Below, piece by piece: positions 55,474-64,000 of a stretch of DNA of 64,000 nucleotides; position 1 is the stretch's first letter, and every line of letters starts with the position of its first letter. Made by a program: the position numbers and the translations under genes. This DNA comes from a virus. The stretch covers positions 41,850 through 105,849 of the IMG/VR virus record IMGVR_UViG_3300042402_003577; one strand, given 5' to 3'. Below the pieces are notes generated by a model. It was given only the letters and a program-made list of their open reading frames with translations. It did not search any database and was not told the origin of the DNA.

Positions 55474-57393
55474 ATGAAAACACTTAAATTATTGATTATA
55501 AGCTTATTAGCTTGTATAAATCTTAACGGCCAGACAGGTCCAGCAGCTCCTTCCAGCGGAATATGGGCATTAATTGACACCACTTATAATGTAGGAACAA
55601 CTACACAAGGATTTACAAAAGCAAGAGTTACTTTAAAAAACACAACCACTACAAAAGTGACTGGTGTGCAATTTAGAGTATTCTACGACAAAGTTGCTTT
55701 TAAAAACTCAGTAGTAAGCTTAGTGGGAAGTACAACAAATCTTGATTTACAATATGTAACAGATTCTGTAAATGGATTTTCTACAATTACATTAGTTTAT
55801 ACAGGTAATAGTAGTGCTTATTCGCTTGCTAATGGAGAAACTTTTGAGCTTACATTTACACATGCTGCTCCATCTATATTTAATAATTTAACTTTTATAG
55901 ACTCTTTAAAATTTTCAGGAGTATCTACATTTCCACAATATGCTTCTACACAAGCAGGTATGGATACTACTTTAGGACTATACAGTTATAATGGAGAATT
56001 CAAAAGGCCAAAACTTAACTTCAAAGGTACATTTGCAAATGTGAATGGAACTGGAGCCAAAAATTTAACCTTAGCTTTAGAGAAAAAACCTAAATCAGGT
56101 TCAACTTGGACTCAAGTAAACTCTTATAAAACTAATACAGCAGGTAAATTTTCATTCTCAGAAACATTGGATACTACTTTCTGGGATGTCAGATTGGCAG
56201 TTAAAGGAGATACAATGGGTGTGGGTAATGTAGTTTCTACAACAGATGCTCAGTTGATTAACCAATGGGTATTAGGAGTTGGTGCCCCTAAAGCATTTGA
56301 TTTTTATACAGCGGATGTAAATGGAAATTCTAACATTACAGTGTCAGATGCTTTCGGAGTATTTGGTAGAGTTGCTGGTAGAATAACAAGTTGGCCTAAC
56401 AATGTAAAGGATATTAAATTCTTCACTGTTGCTCAATATGATTCTATTACAACAACCCCTGATACAAATTACACAGCAATTATCCCAGGAGTTACTAACT
56501 TCTTCTTTAATATACTTCCTGGACAACCTGACTCAGTGACATATTATGTTGTTGTTCCTGGGGATGCCAACTCAACAGGATATAACATGGCTCGTACCAC
56601 TCCTACTGAAATACTTATAAACGGGCCACAAGACTTGGATCCACAAACTCATAGAGTTATTGATACTAGAGTGGAATATGACTTCCCTACAAATAATATT
56701 GAATTAACTATTCCTAAGTTAAAAGTTGACGAAGGAAATATGGTTAGCATTCCTGTAAGTTTAAAATCAGACAGTGTCAGTGTATTAGCTTTGCAGTTTG
56801 GCTTGAAGTATGATAGTAGCTTATTATCTTTCAAAGGAATCTATTCAAGTGCAAATGCTCAAAAATGGATCACTTATGTAAACCCTAATGAAGGAGAAAT
56901 ATCTTGGGGAGGCTATGATCCTACTACTAATAACAATGCTTTAAAAAATGGAGATGAAATAATCACTTTCCAGTTTATAGCTTTGAAACCGCAATCAGAT
57001 TGGGGTGTGAGTCCTCTATTCACCTCTAATAAATTTGCTGGAAACTTTATATCAAAAGATTTATCTATAACTCCTAGTCATAATATTATACAAGTGAGAA
57101 AAATGTCTCCTGTTAGTATAGGAAGAATCTTAGATGATAATACAATGGAAGTTTACCCAAACCCTACAACAGGGATTATAGATATTGTGTTCAATGTAGA
57201 AGAAAGTACAAATGCTACATTAGCGGTATATGATATGTTAGGAAGCTTGCATATTAAAGTGTTAGACGAATTTTTATCTAAAGGGCAATTCACCTATAGA
57301 GCAGATTTAGGGAAATTATCAGCAGGTGTTTACACAGCAAAGTTACTTCTAAATAATAAAGGAGTATTAGTATCAAAAATTATTAAGCAATAA
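55474..57393 (+). CDS. Secreted cohesin-CnaB-like-dockerin-cohesin protein with T9SS C-terminal sorting domain
   Basis: Signal peptide ending NG-Q. Cohesin-like VTGVQFRVFYD and VLALQFGLKYD, dockerin ADVNGNSNITVSDA, and CTD VYPNP...VYDMLG...LSAGVY...KIIKQ. Confidence 0.85.
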   Translation: MKTLKLLIISLLACINLNGQTGPAAPSSGIWALIDTTYNVGTTTQGFTKARVTLKNTTTTKVTGVQFRVFYDKVAFKNSVVSLVGSTTNLDLQYVTDSVNGFSTITLVYTGNSSAYSLANGETFELTFTHAAPSIFNNLTFIDSLKFSGVSTFPQYASTQAGMDTTLGLYSYNGEFKRPKLNFKGTFANVNGTGAKNLTLALEKKPKSGSTWTQVNSYKTNTAGKFSFSETLDTTFWDVRLAVKGDTMGVGNVVSTTDAQLINQWVLGVGAPKAFDFYTADVNGNSNITVSDAFGVFGRVAGRITSWPNNVKDIKFFTVAQYDSITTTPDTNYTAIIPGVTNFFFNILPGQPDSVTYYVVVPGDANSTGYNMARTTPTEILINGPQDLDPQTHRVIDTRVEYDFPTNNIELTIPKLKVDEGNMVSIPVSLKSDSVSVLALQFGLKYDSSLLSFKGIYSSANAQKWITYVNPNEGEISWGGYDPTTNNNALKNGDEIITFQFIALKPQSDWGVSPLFTSNKFAGNFISKDLSITPSHNIIQVRKMSPVSIGRILDDNTMEVYPNPTTGIIDIVFNVEESTNATLAVYDMLGSLHIKVLDEFLSKGQFTYRADLGKLSAGVYTAKLLLNNKGVLVSKIIKQ

Positions 57394-57404
57394 AAATAAA
57401 TATT

Positions 57405-57707
57405 ATGTCAGAAGAAATTCAAAATGATGGCTCTATGGATAGTTTGAAAAAAACCATCATTGGAACATTAGGAACATTGGTTACAGCTGCAGGTGTATGG
57501 GCCTCCACTCAACTTTTTGGAGGAGACTCCGAACACAAGGAAGAAGCTAAAACTGAAACAGTAGCTCCTGCCCCTATTGTAGTGAATATTGAAAATACTA
57601 ACCAACAAAAGCAAAGCAGTGCGCCTGCTCCAACTACAATCATTAAAGAAAGAGTTGTGGAGAAGCCCGCTAAAAAAGAAAAAGCTGAAGATGAAAGTCC
57701 TTGGTAG
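57405..57707 (+). CDS. Small membrane-anchored protein with Pro/Ala-rich tail
   Basis: TM segment IIGTLGTLVTAAGVWA and APAP repeats. Confidence 0.6.
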   Translation: MSEEIQNDGSMDSLKKTIIGTLGTLVTAAGVWASTQLFGGDSEHKEEAKTETVAPAPIVVNIENTNQQKQSSAPAPTTIIKERVVEKPAKKEKAEDESPW

Positions 57708-58395
57708 TCTAATATTTTTACCTCTTTTTGCCTTCTCTCAAATAGGTTCTATTAAAACAGAAGCTTATGTAGCTGATTTTGAAAAGAAACAGAGTTTGGC
57801 AGTTGTATCTGATTATGATGATACTTTGCAAATTCCTATCTCTATCCTTAAAATAGGATTTAATGAAGAATTGTACGAATCTTATCCTGAACTTAAAGAA
57901 AAGAAAGTGGGACTTGGAGTTACTAATATTGTAACAGAATATTTCTTATCTACTAATAGATTTGTAATAACAGAAGATAAAGCTGATATTAAAAATAAAA
58001 TGGTGGCTCAGGATAAAGCATCAAGAAAAGGAATCTCCTCAAATAAGATAGAAGTATTTGGTCATGTATTATTGGCTAAATACTTTGTTTATATTGAAGT
58101 CTATGATTTCAGTGTTTCTGAAGATGAAGTGGTAAAAATGAATGGCAAAGCAGAGGCAACTCAAACAACAAGATTAGGATTGCAATGTAAATTTGTAGAT
58201 GCTACTACAGGAGAAATCATAGTGGGTTCAGGATTAGGAGAAGCTAACACTGTTAAAAAGTCTTCTATTTTAGCAGATGTTGATGATATTAAGTTTAATC
58301 AATCCACCATAGGAATAACAACCAAAAAATCTCTTGAAACAGCAGCATCTAGGGTAATAACTAGATTAATCAAGAAAGGTGTATTTAAAAAATAA
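57691..58395 (+). CDS. CsgG/HfaB-like exported protein
   Basis: Start MKVLGSLIFLPLFAFS-Q, with T.RFVI.E, LAKYFVYIEVYDFS and KFVDATTGEII. Confidence 0.75.
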   Translation: MKVLGSLIFLPLFAFSQIGSIKTEAYVADFEKKQSLAVVSDYDDTLQIPISILKIGFNEELYESYPELKEKKVGLGVTNIVTEYFLSTNRFVITEDKADIKNKMVAQDKASRKGISSNKIEVFGHVLLAKYFVYIEVYDFSVSEDEVVKMNGKAEATQTTRLGLQCKFVDATTGEIIVGSGLGEANTVKKSSILADVDDIKFNQSTIGITTKKSLETAASRVITRLIKKGVFKK

Positions 58396-59662
58396 ACTAA
58401 TAGCTTTATTACTCTTATTAAATGTAAACAATTTTGTTTACACGCAAACCTATTCCTATCAATATACAGATCCTTGTACACAATTATCTAAAACTATTAA
58501 TGTGCCTATTAATGGAAGTACAAGAGTTTCCTATTATGGAAACAGTGCCGACTTCACATATAATGATTTTATGTCAGGAGTTTTTCAAACGTGGTCAGAA
58601 AATCTATTCAATCAATTTAAAAATAATTCTCCCTGTGGTTCTGCTATTGGCACCCCAACAGTAATGAATATTGGCCAAGGCCAAGTGTTAAATACTGTAG
58701 GAATAATCAACTCCATATCAAACATTGCAGAAACTGTTGGATCAGCTACAACGGGTTTGACTGAAAGTTTTACTTCTTCTATAATACCTAGTTCAGGGTC
58801 TATGGGAGAAAGTCCTTCTGTCGGAGAGGCAGGGGGCCCATCTGTAAGTGGAGGAAGTAATGAAACAAGCGGAAGTTCTTCTGCACCTAGTGGAGGGTCT
58901 TCATCTGAAGAATCTTCTGGGGGTAGCACAAATATTTCAGCAGGGGGTACCAACTCTGTGAGAGGTGCAGGCGGTGCTAGTGGTGGAGGAGGCAAAGCCA
59001 ATAAACCTGGGAGCAAAGAAGGTGGAAAACCAGCTATTGTAGCTTCCTCAGATTTTGTAGGATTTAGCTTTAAAGATTCTGAAAAACCTGTAGGAATTAA
59101 AGGGACAGGAGGATACACTTCTATGAGATGGGATGGGGCTTGTTCATCAGGGGTATTATTTGATTACACATCTGCACAGGCTGGGCCAAATATAACAGGA
59201 TTTTATGCTTGGATAAATCCATCAAATATTACAATAGCTTCTGGTACTGTAACATTCTCTTTAGAGGGCGGGGGTAGTGCCTATTCCACGGTAGCCTTTG
59301 GTCAAATGAAAACTTTTAAAAAAATAAAAAAACTTAAACTCATATATATGGGAACATTGTCTATGGGAAAAGTGTTCAAAGAAGGGTTTATAGGTACAGC
59401 TATAATAACTGGAGGAATGTATGATTTAAAGCTACATAAAAGACTAGATGTTAAGTTTACAAACTTAATTGTGTATTCTCCTTATGTAAGTTATTATAAT
59501 GATGTGCTTATGAAATCTCCTTTTGTAATGCTTCCTAGTGTGGGAGTAAATGTAGGAGTGACAAAAAGATTTAAATTAAATATAAATGTTGGGGGTGCTT
59601 GGCAAGTGGGACAAAGTGCCTTGAACAATACAATAACTTTAGGTACAAGATTACTATTATGA
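58379..59662 (+). CDS. Exported protein with G/S-rich linker and probable C-terminal beta-barrel
   Basis: Signal ending YT-Q, a two-Cys N-domain, a ~90-aa Gly/Ser linker and amphipathic beta-strands. Confidence 0.6.
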   Translation: MYLKNKLIALLLLLNVNNFVYTQTYSYQYTDPCTQLSKTINVPINGSTRVSYYGNSADFTYNDFMSGVFQTWSENLFNQFKNNSPCGSAIGTPTVMNIGQGQVLNTVGIINSISNIAETVGSATTGLTESFTSSIIPSSGSMGESPSVGEAGGPSVSGGSNETSGSSSAPSGGSSSEESSGGSTNISAGGTNSVRGAGGASGGGGKANKPGSKEGGKPAIVASSDFVGFSFKDSEKPVGIKGTGGYTSMRWDGACSSGVLFDYTSAQAGPNITGFYAWINPSNITIASGTVTFSLEGGGSAYSTVAFGQMKTFKKIKKLKLIYMGTLSMGKVFKEGFIGTAIITGGMYDLKLHKRLDVKFTNLIVYSPYVSYYNDVLMKSPFVMLPSVGVNVGVTKRFKLNINVGGAWQVGQSALNNTITLGTRLLL

Positions 59663-60648
59663 GAATTATAATTATATTATTTTTTATTTGTAATATAGCT
59701 ATAGGGCAAAACTTTACCTATTCTGGATTTATTTATAATTCTAATGGTACAGGAGCAGTTAATGTTCCAATACAAATATATAAAAGAACCACTCCTACAT
59801 TAACAGGATTTACATCCCAACAAAACTATAATGGACATTCTTATTATAGATCTACAGGAAATGCGTTTTGGACAGATGCTAGACAAGCTTGTGCAAATAT
59901 GGGAGGATATTTAGTAACAGTTACAAGTGCTGCTGAAAATAACTTTCTATTTGGATTATGGCCTTCAGGATGGATAGGATTGACAGATGAAGTAGTAGAA
60001 GGACAATGGAGATGGGTTACGGGAGAAACATATTCTTACTCCTCTTGGAATCCAGGTGAACCTAATAATGCAGGAAATGAAGATTATGTTCAATTTGTTG
60101 GAGGAGGTAGATGGAATGATTTACCCAATGGTGTAGCCCTCCCTTATGTCATTGAATTTGATTATATTGTAACTTTTACTTCTTGGGTATTACATAGAAC
60201 AATATACACAGACGCTACAGGTAGATATACTATTAATGAAACAAGTAACCCTGCTACAGAATGGTATATTCAAATAAATGCTCCCACTCCTGTAACAACT
60301 TTATCTTTGACAGATATGCAAAATGTTTCCAATGTGATATTAGGAAGAACTCCTAGAAGAAGTTTACATTGGAATATGTATGATGTAAATGGAGATGGTA
60401 GAATAACTATATCTGACCAATACTATATTAATTTAAGAAGAACAGGTAGGGTTAATAATTGGGTTACAATGACTGCATCTAGGTTATTTAATACAACACA
60501 ATATAATTCTTTAAATACAGGAACTACAGATTTAAGAGTCACTATTCCTGGATTAAATTCTATTACAATTAACTCTCCTGTTTCAGGAACTACTAATGCA
60601 AATTATTATTTAATAGCTCCTGGGTATAGAGGGCAAGTAACTTATTAA
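59659..60648 (+). CDS. Secreted C-type lectin plus dockerin protein
   Basis: Start MRIII..AIG-Q, with WIGL, GEPNN, WND and DVNGDGRITISD. Confidence 0.85.
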   Translation: MRIIIILFFICNIAIGQNFTYSGFIYNSNGTGAVNVPIQIYKRTTPTLTGFTSQQNYNGHSYYRSTGNAFWTDARQACANMGGYLVTVTSAAENNFLFGLWPSGWIGLTDEVVEGQWRWVTGETYSYSSWNPGEPNNAGNEDYVQFVGGGRWNDLPNGVALPYVIEFDYIVTFTSWVLHRTIYTDATGRYTINETSNPATEWYIQINAPTPVTTLSLTDMQNVSNVILGRTPRRSLHWNMYDVNGDGRITISDQYYINLRRTGRVNNWVTMTASRLFNTTQYNSLNTGTTDLRVTIPGLNSITINSPVSGTTNANYYLIAPGYRGQVTY

Positions 60649-60650
60649 CT

Positions 60651-61091
60651 ATGAGATTTTTATTATTACTATTAGCAATTCCTTTTCTTTCCTACTCACA
60701 ATGTGTAAAAATCCAAGAGATTAAGTCCTCTGTTGAGATAAAAGAATTGGGAAATAGAGATGTAAAATTTGGTGTGAAACAAATGGCAGAAGATATGCTT
60801 TCTTCTAAATTTTGCTTATCAGATAGTGGAGAACAAATATTCATTGATATATTTTATTTTGGTCTTCCTAAAAAAAGTTTAAGAATTATGGGAATTGAAG
60901 AGTCTGTTCAAACGACAGAAATTGGCATTCAAGTAAAATACAAAGGAAAGAAATATGAAGAGTATGGAGAGTCAGAGTCTGAAATTCATGCAGTTATGAT
61001 AGAACTTACAGATGGAATTCCTTTTTCTAAAATGACTGTTTCCACATCTATAAAAAAAGCTCTAGAAAAAATTATAAAAAAGATGCCCTAA
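60651..61091 (+). CDS. Exported protein, minimal paralog of the CsgG-like protein
   Basis: Signal ending YS-Q. QTTEIGIQVK versus QTTRLGLQCK, and IKKALE versus TKKSLE. Confidence 0.6.
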   Translation: MRFLLLLLAIPFLSYSQCVKIQEIKSSVEIKELGNRDVKFGVKQMAEDMLSSKFCLSDSGEQIFIDIFYFGLPKKSLRIMGIEESVQTTEIGIQVKYKGKKYEEYGESESEIHAVMIELTDGIPFSKMTVSTSIKKALEKIIKKMP

Positions 61092-61119
61092 TAAAAAAAA
61101 ATTGTTGTATTTTTGCAAC

Positions 61120-61557
61120 ATGAAATTATTAATATCTTTTTTACTTATCACTACTTCTTTATTTTCTCAAATAAAAGTGGCAGATGTAGGTCCAAATTGG
61201 AAAAATAGAGTGGATTCTGCCTTAATCTTGATTAAGAAATACGATTCCACAAAATATAAGTTTCTATTAAAACATTGTAAGCAAATTGGATTTTCCCAAT
61301 TAAAATTTTCTACTATAGAAGATGGTAATACTATTATACTTTCTACTTATGATGTCAATTTTGGAAGCTTAAATAATATAGCATCAGCTATTGTTCACGA
61401 ATCAGCACATTTATTTTTTTACAACTCTAATTTCTTCTCCACTGCATCTGAAGAAGAGAGAGTTTGTTATAGCTATGAATTAGATTTTTTACTTAAAATT
61501 CCTAATTGTGAAAAATATTTAATTAACAATGCGTATAAAAATATTTCCAGCAATTAA
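61120..61557 (+). CDS. Exported zincin-like metallopeptidase
   Basis: Signal ending FS-Q, IVHESAH and a downstream EE. TATTTTTG at 61108-61115. Confidence 0.65.
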   Translation: MKLLISFLLITTSLFSQIKVADVGPNWKNRVDSALILIKKYDSTKYKFLLKHCKQIGFSQLKFSTIEDGNTIILSTYDVNFGSLNNIASAIVHESAHLFFYNSNFFSTASEEERVCYSYELDFLLKIPNCEKYLINNAYKNISSN

Positions 61558-61637
61558 ATAATTTATTTATATTTTTGCATCCCCTTTTTTACCCCGTAAA
61601 AAAATTATTATTAACTTTAAAAAAATTAAAAACAAAA

Positions 61638-63833
61638 ATGAACGGAAAAACAATAGCTAGTAGGCTGAAATTCAATGAGTCGTATGCGAAATTTATTAAG
61701 TCTGAGAATAGACTTGAAACTTGGGAAGAGTCTGTAAGTGATGTAATGCAGATGCACTACAATAAGTTTTCTAGCTTGCCCACATGGTTAGAAATAGAGC
61801 CATATTTTAATATTGCTAAACAAGCTTATACAGACCAAAGAATTCTTGCTTCTCAAAGAAATTTACAATTTAGAGAGAAAAGTATTATGAAACATAATTG
61901 CAAACTGTACAATTGTTCGGTTACTTATGTAGATAGACAAGAGGTGTTTAAAGAAATTATGTGGGTGCTATTGAATGGTGCAGGAGTTGGATTCTCTGTA
62001 GAGTCAAGATTCATAAAAAAACTTCCGCAAATTAGAAAGAGAGATAACAATTCTCACTTTGTACATGTAATTGAAGACTCCATTGAAGGTTGGGCTATGG
62101 CAATAGATGTACTTATGAACTCTTTTTTCATGGGTACCCAAAAAGTCTTATTTGATTTCTCAAACATTAGAGATAAAGGAGCTCTTATTGCAGGAGAATT
62201 TATCGCTCCAGGCCCAGATGGTTTGAAAAAATCTTTGGAGTTAATAGAGAAACTATTAGAAAGCAAAACAATTAATAATGAGAGTGCATTGAGCTCCTTA
62301 GATTGTCACGATATTATTTGTATTCTATCAGATGCAGTTTTATCAGGAGGAGTTAGAAGAAGTGCATTGATTTCTTTGTTTGACAAAGATGATGACTTAA
62401 TGCTAAAATCTAAGACAGGTAGCTGGTGGATGGACACTCCTTGGAGAGCAAGAGCTAATAACTCTGCTAAAATCCTTAAATCAGAACTTACAAAAGAAGA
62501 ATTAGATGCTTATAAAGAATTTATTAAGCAATTCGGAGAACCAGGGGTAGTATTAGTTGACGATATTGATATGATGGTGAATCCTTGTGTTGAAATTGGA
62601 TTTAAACCAATCAATCCTTTTACAGGTAAATCTTGTTGGTCATTCTGTAATCTAAATGAGATTATTGGATCACACTGCAAAACAGAGGAAGAATTCTACG
62701 ATGCTTGTAAAGCTGCTGCTATCTTAGGAACATTTCAAGCTTCTTACACTGAGTTCGGATTCTTAGGAAAAGACACAGAAGAGATGGTTAGATGGGAAGC
62801 TTTATTAGGAGTTTCTATTACAGGAATTATGAACAATCCTGAAATATTATTAAATCCTGAAATCTTAACTAAAGGAGCAGGAATTGTTAAGGAAATAAAT
62901 GCAGAGGTAGCTAAGTTGATAGGTATTAACCAAGCGGCTAGAACCACTTGCGTTAAGCCTTCGGGAAATGCTTCTGTATTAGCAAAAACTGCTAGTGGAA
63001 TTCACCCTGCACATGCTCATAGATATTTTAGAACTATTCAGCTAAACAAAGATACTCCTATGGCTAAGTTCTTAAACGAGTCTTATCCTGAGTTATTGGA
63101 AGAAGGTGTGTGGAGTCCTACTAATAGTGACTATGCTTGTTTTATTCCAATGGAAGAAACCCCAAACACTATTGTTAAGTCTCAAATAGATGAGATAGAT
63201 TTCTTGAAGTCTGTGCAGCTAGTTTATAAATATTGGGTATTGCCTGGTACCAATAAAGAACTTGGATATAGTGAAACAATTACACATAACGTATCAAATA
63301 CAGTGAGTGTATCAGATTGGGATAAAGCTTTTGATTACATCTTTGAGAATAAAGAATACTTCTGTGGCCTTTCTTTCCTTCCTAATTCAGGAGATAAAAT
63401 ATACAAGCAGGCACCATTTACAGAAGTTCTTACACAAGAGCAACTAATTAATAAATATGGAGATGCTGCTTTGTTTGCCTCTGGATTAATTGTAGATGCA
63501 TTGCATTGTTTTAATAATGATCTTTGGGATGTATGTTCTGCTGTAACTGACAAATCTTTTGCTTTGACAGGAGATAGAATCACTGTAATGGTGAAGAAAG
63601 ACATTGTAAGCAGGATCAAAAAGTTTGCTAAAAACTATTTCAAAGGAGATTTATTTAAAGCTGCAGACTGTTTAAAAGACATTCACTTGTATCACAAATG
63701 GGTGAAAATAAATAGAATCTTAAAATATAAGCCTATCGACTTCTCTAAAATAGACTACACAGAAAAATATCTCAATGCAGATGAATTAAGTGGCCTAGCT
63801 TGTTCTGGGGGAGCATGTGAGATTAACTTTTAA
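61638..63833 (+). CDS. Ribonucleotide reductase large subunit (class not resolved)
   Basis: ETW.E, YNCS, GGVRRSA, NPCVEI, CNL, TCVKPSG and C-terminal CSGGAC. ATG at 61638 after TATTTTTG (61570). Confidence 0.92.
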   Translation: MNGKTIASRLKFNESYAKFIKSENRLETWEESVSDVMQMHYNKFSSLPTWLEIEPYFNIAKQAYTDQRILASQRNLQFREKSIMKHNCKLYNCSVTYVDRQEVFKEIMWVLLNGAGVGFSVESRFIKKLPQIRKRDNNSHFVHVIEDSIEGWAMAIDVLMNSFFMGTQKVLFDFSNIRDKGALIAGEFIAPGPDGLKKSLELIEKLLESKTINNESALSSLDCHDIICILSDAVLSGGVRRSALISLFDKDDDLMLKSKTGSWWMDTPWRARANNSAKILKSELTKEELDAYKEFIKQFGEPGVVLVDDIDMMVNPCVEIGFKPINPFTGKSCWSFCNLNEIIGSHCKTEEEFYDACKAAAILGTFQASYTEFGFLGKDTEEMVRWEALLGVSITGIMNNPEILLNPEILTKGAGIVKEINAEVAKLIGINQAARTTCVKPSGNASVLAKTASGIHPAHAHRYFRTIQLNKDTPMAKFLNESYPELLEEGVWSPTNSDYACFIPMEETPNTIVKSQIDEIDFLKSVQLVYKYWVLPGTNKELGYSETITHNVSNTVSVSDWDKAFDYIFENKEYFCGLSFLPNSGDKIYKQAPFTEVLTQEQLINKYGDAALFASGLIVDALHCFNNDLWDVCSAVTDKSFALTGDRITVMVKKDIVSRIKKFAKNYFKGDLFKAADCLKDIHLYHKWVKINRILKYKPIDFSKIDYTEKYLNADELSGLACSGGACEINF

Positions 63834-63844
63834 TTATCTTATCT

Positions 63845-63880
63845 AAAATAATCCTCACTACACTGTGGGGATTATTTTTT
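63845..63880 (+). terminator. Intrinsic (bidirectional) terminator
   Basis: AAAATAATCCTCAC-loop-GTGGGGATTATTTT followed by a T-run. Confidence 0.85.
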
Positions 63881-63932
63881 TTATAGATTTAAAATAAAAT
63901 ATCTATCTTTGCATTAAATATAAAAATTGTTT

Positions 63933-64000
63933 ATGAAAATAACCCTATTGATCGTATCTGCTATTGTTCTTTTAGCTTTACCCTCAAAAGAAGATTGCCC
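63933..64000 (+). CDS. Partial ORF with signal-like N-terminus
   Basis: MKITLLIVSAIVLLALP..., with TATCTTTG at 63904-63911. Confidence 0.45.
   Translation, partial: MKITLLIVSAIVLLALPSKEDC

Noticed and set aside
57589-57690. Extended N-termini from the ORF track (57589, 59599, 61102, 61575, 48821)
   Set aside because: Downstream ATGs give proper signal peptides or lie after promoter elements.
58612-59118. 168-aa Pro-rich minus-strand ORF
   Set aside because: Antisense shadow of the Gly/Ser linker in 58379..59662.
1-64000. Stop-codon reassignment, as in some Crassvirales
   Set aside because: Terminase, portal, MCP, PolA and RNR are full-length in the standard code, and no suppressor tRNA is seen.

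Overview
This is a 64-kb AT-rich segment of a large dsDNA tailed phage, most likely crAss-like (Crassvirales) and infecting a Bacteroidota host. The evidence is the TerL-portal-scaffold-MCP-ring-auxiliary capsid gene order, TAnnTTTG promoters, A-rich leaders without Shine-Dalgarno sequences, Gln-start signal peptides and a T9SS sorting domain. The standard genetic code fits throughout. The minus-strand arm (1-29144) holds fibre, head and packaging genes, PhoH, SET, ClpP-like and HNH genes, a degenerate tRNA(CAT) and a cluster of tRNA-like/structured RNAs. A ~1.2-kb non-coding divergence region (29145-30364) is the likely terminus or origin. The plus-strand arm starts with about 40 small early genes sharing a repeated leader motif; among them are a canonical type I hammerhead ribozyme, a probable SAM lyase and an RNAP alpha-CTD-like protein. 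A replication module follows (helicase, exonuclease, PolA, DnaB-like, SSB, primase, dUTPase). The most striking element is a 7-gene exported-protein cluster at 55474-61557: a T9SS-sorted cohesin/dockerin scaffold, a dockerin-bearing C-type lectin, two CsgG-like paralogs, a probable outer-membrane beta-barrel, a small membrane protein and a zincin. It looks like a phage-encoded, cellulosome-like host-surface display system. A ribonucleotide reductase ends the window. All product calls come from motif recognition by eye; no database search was run.
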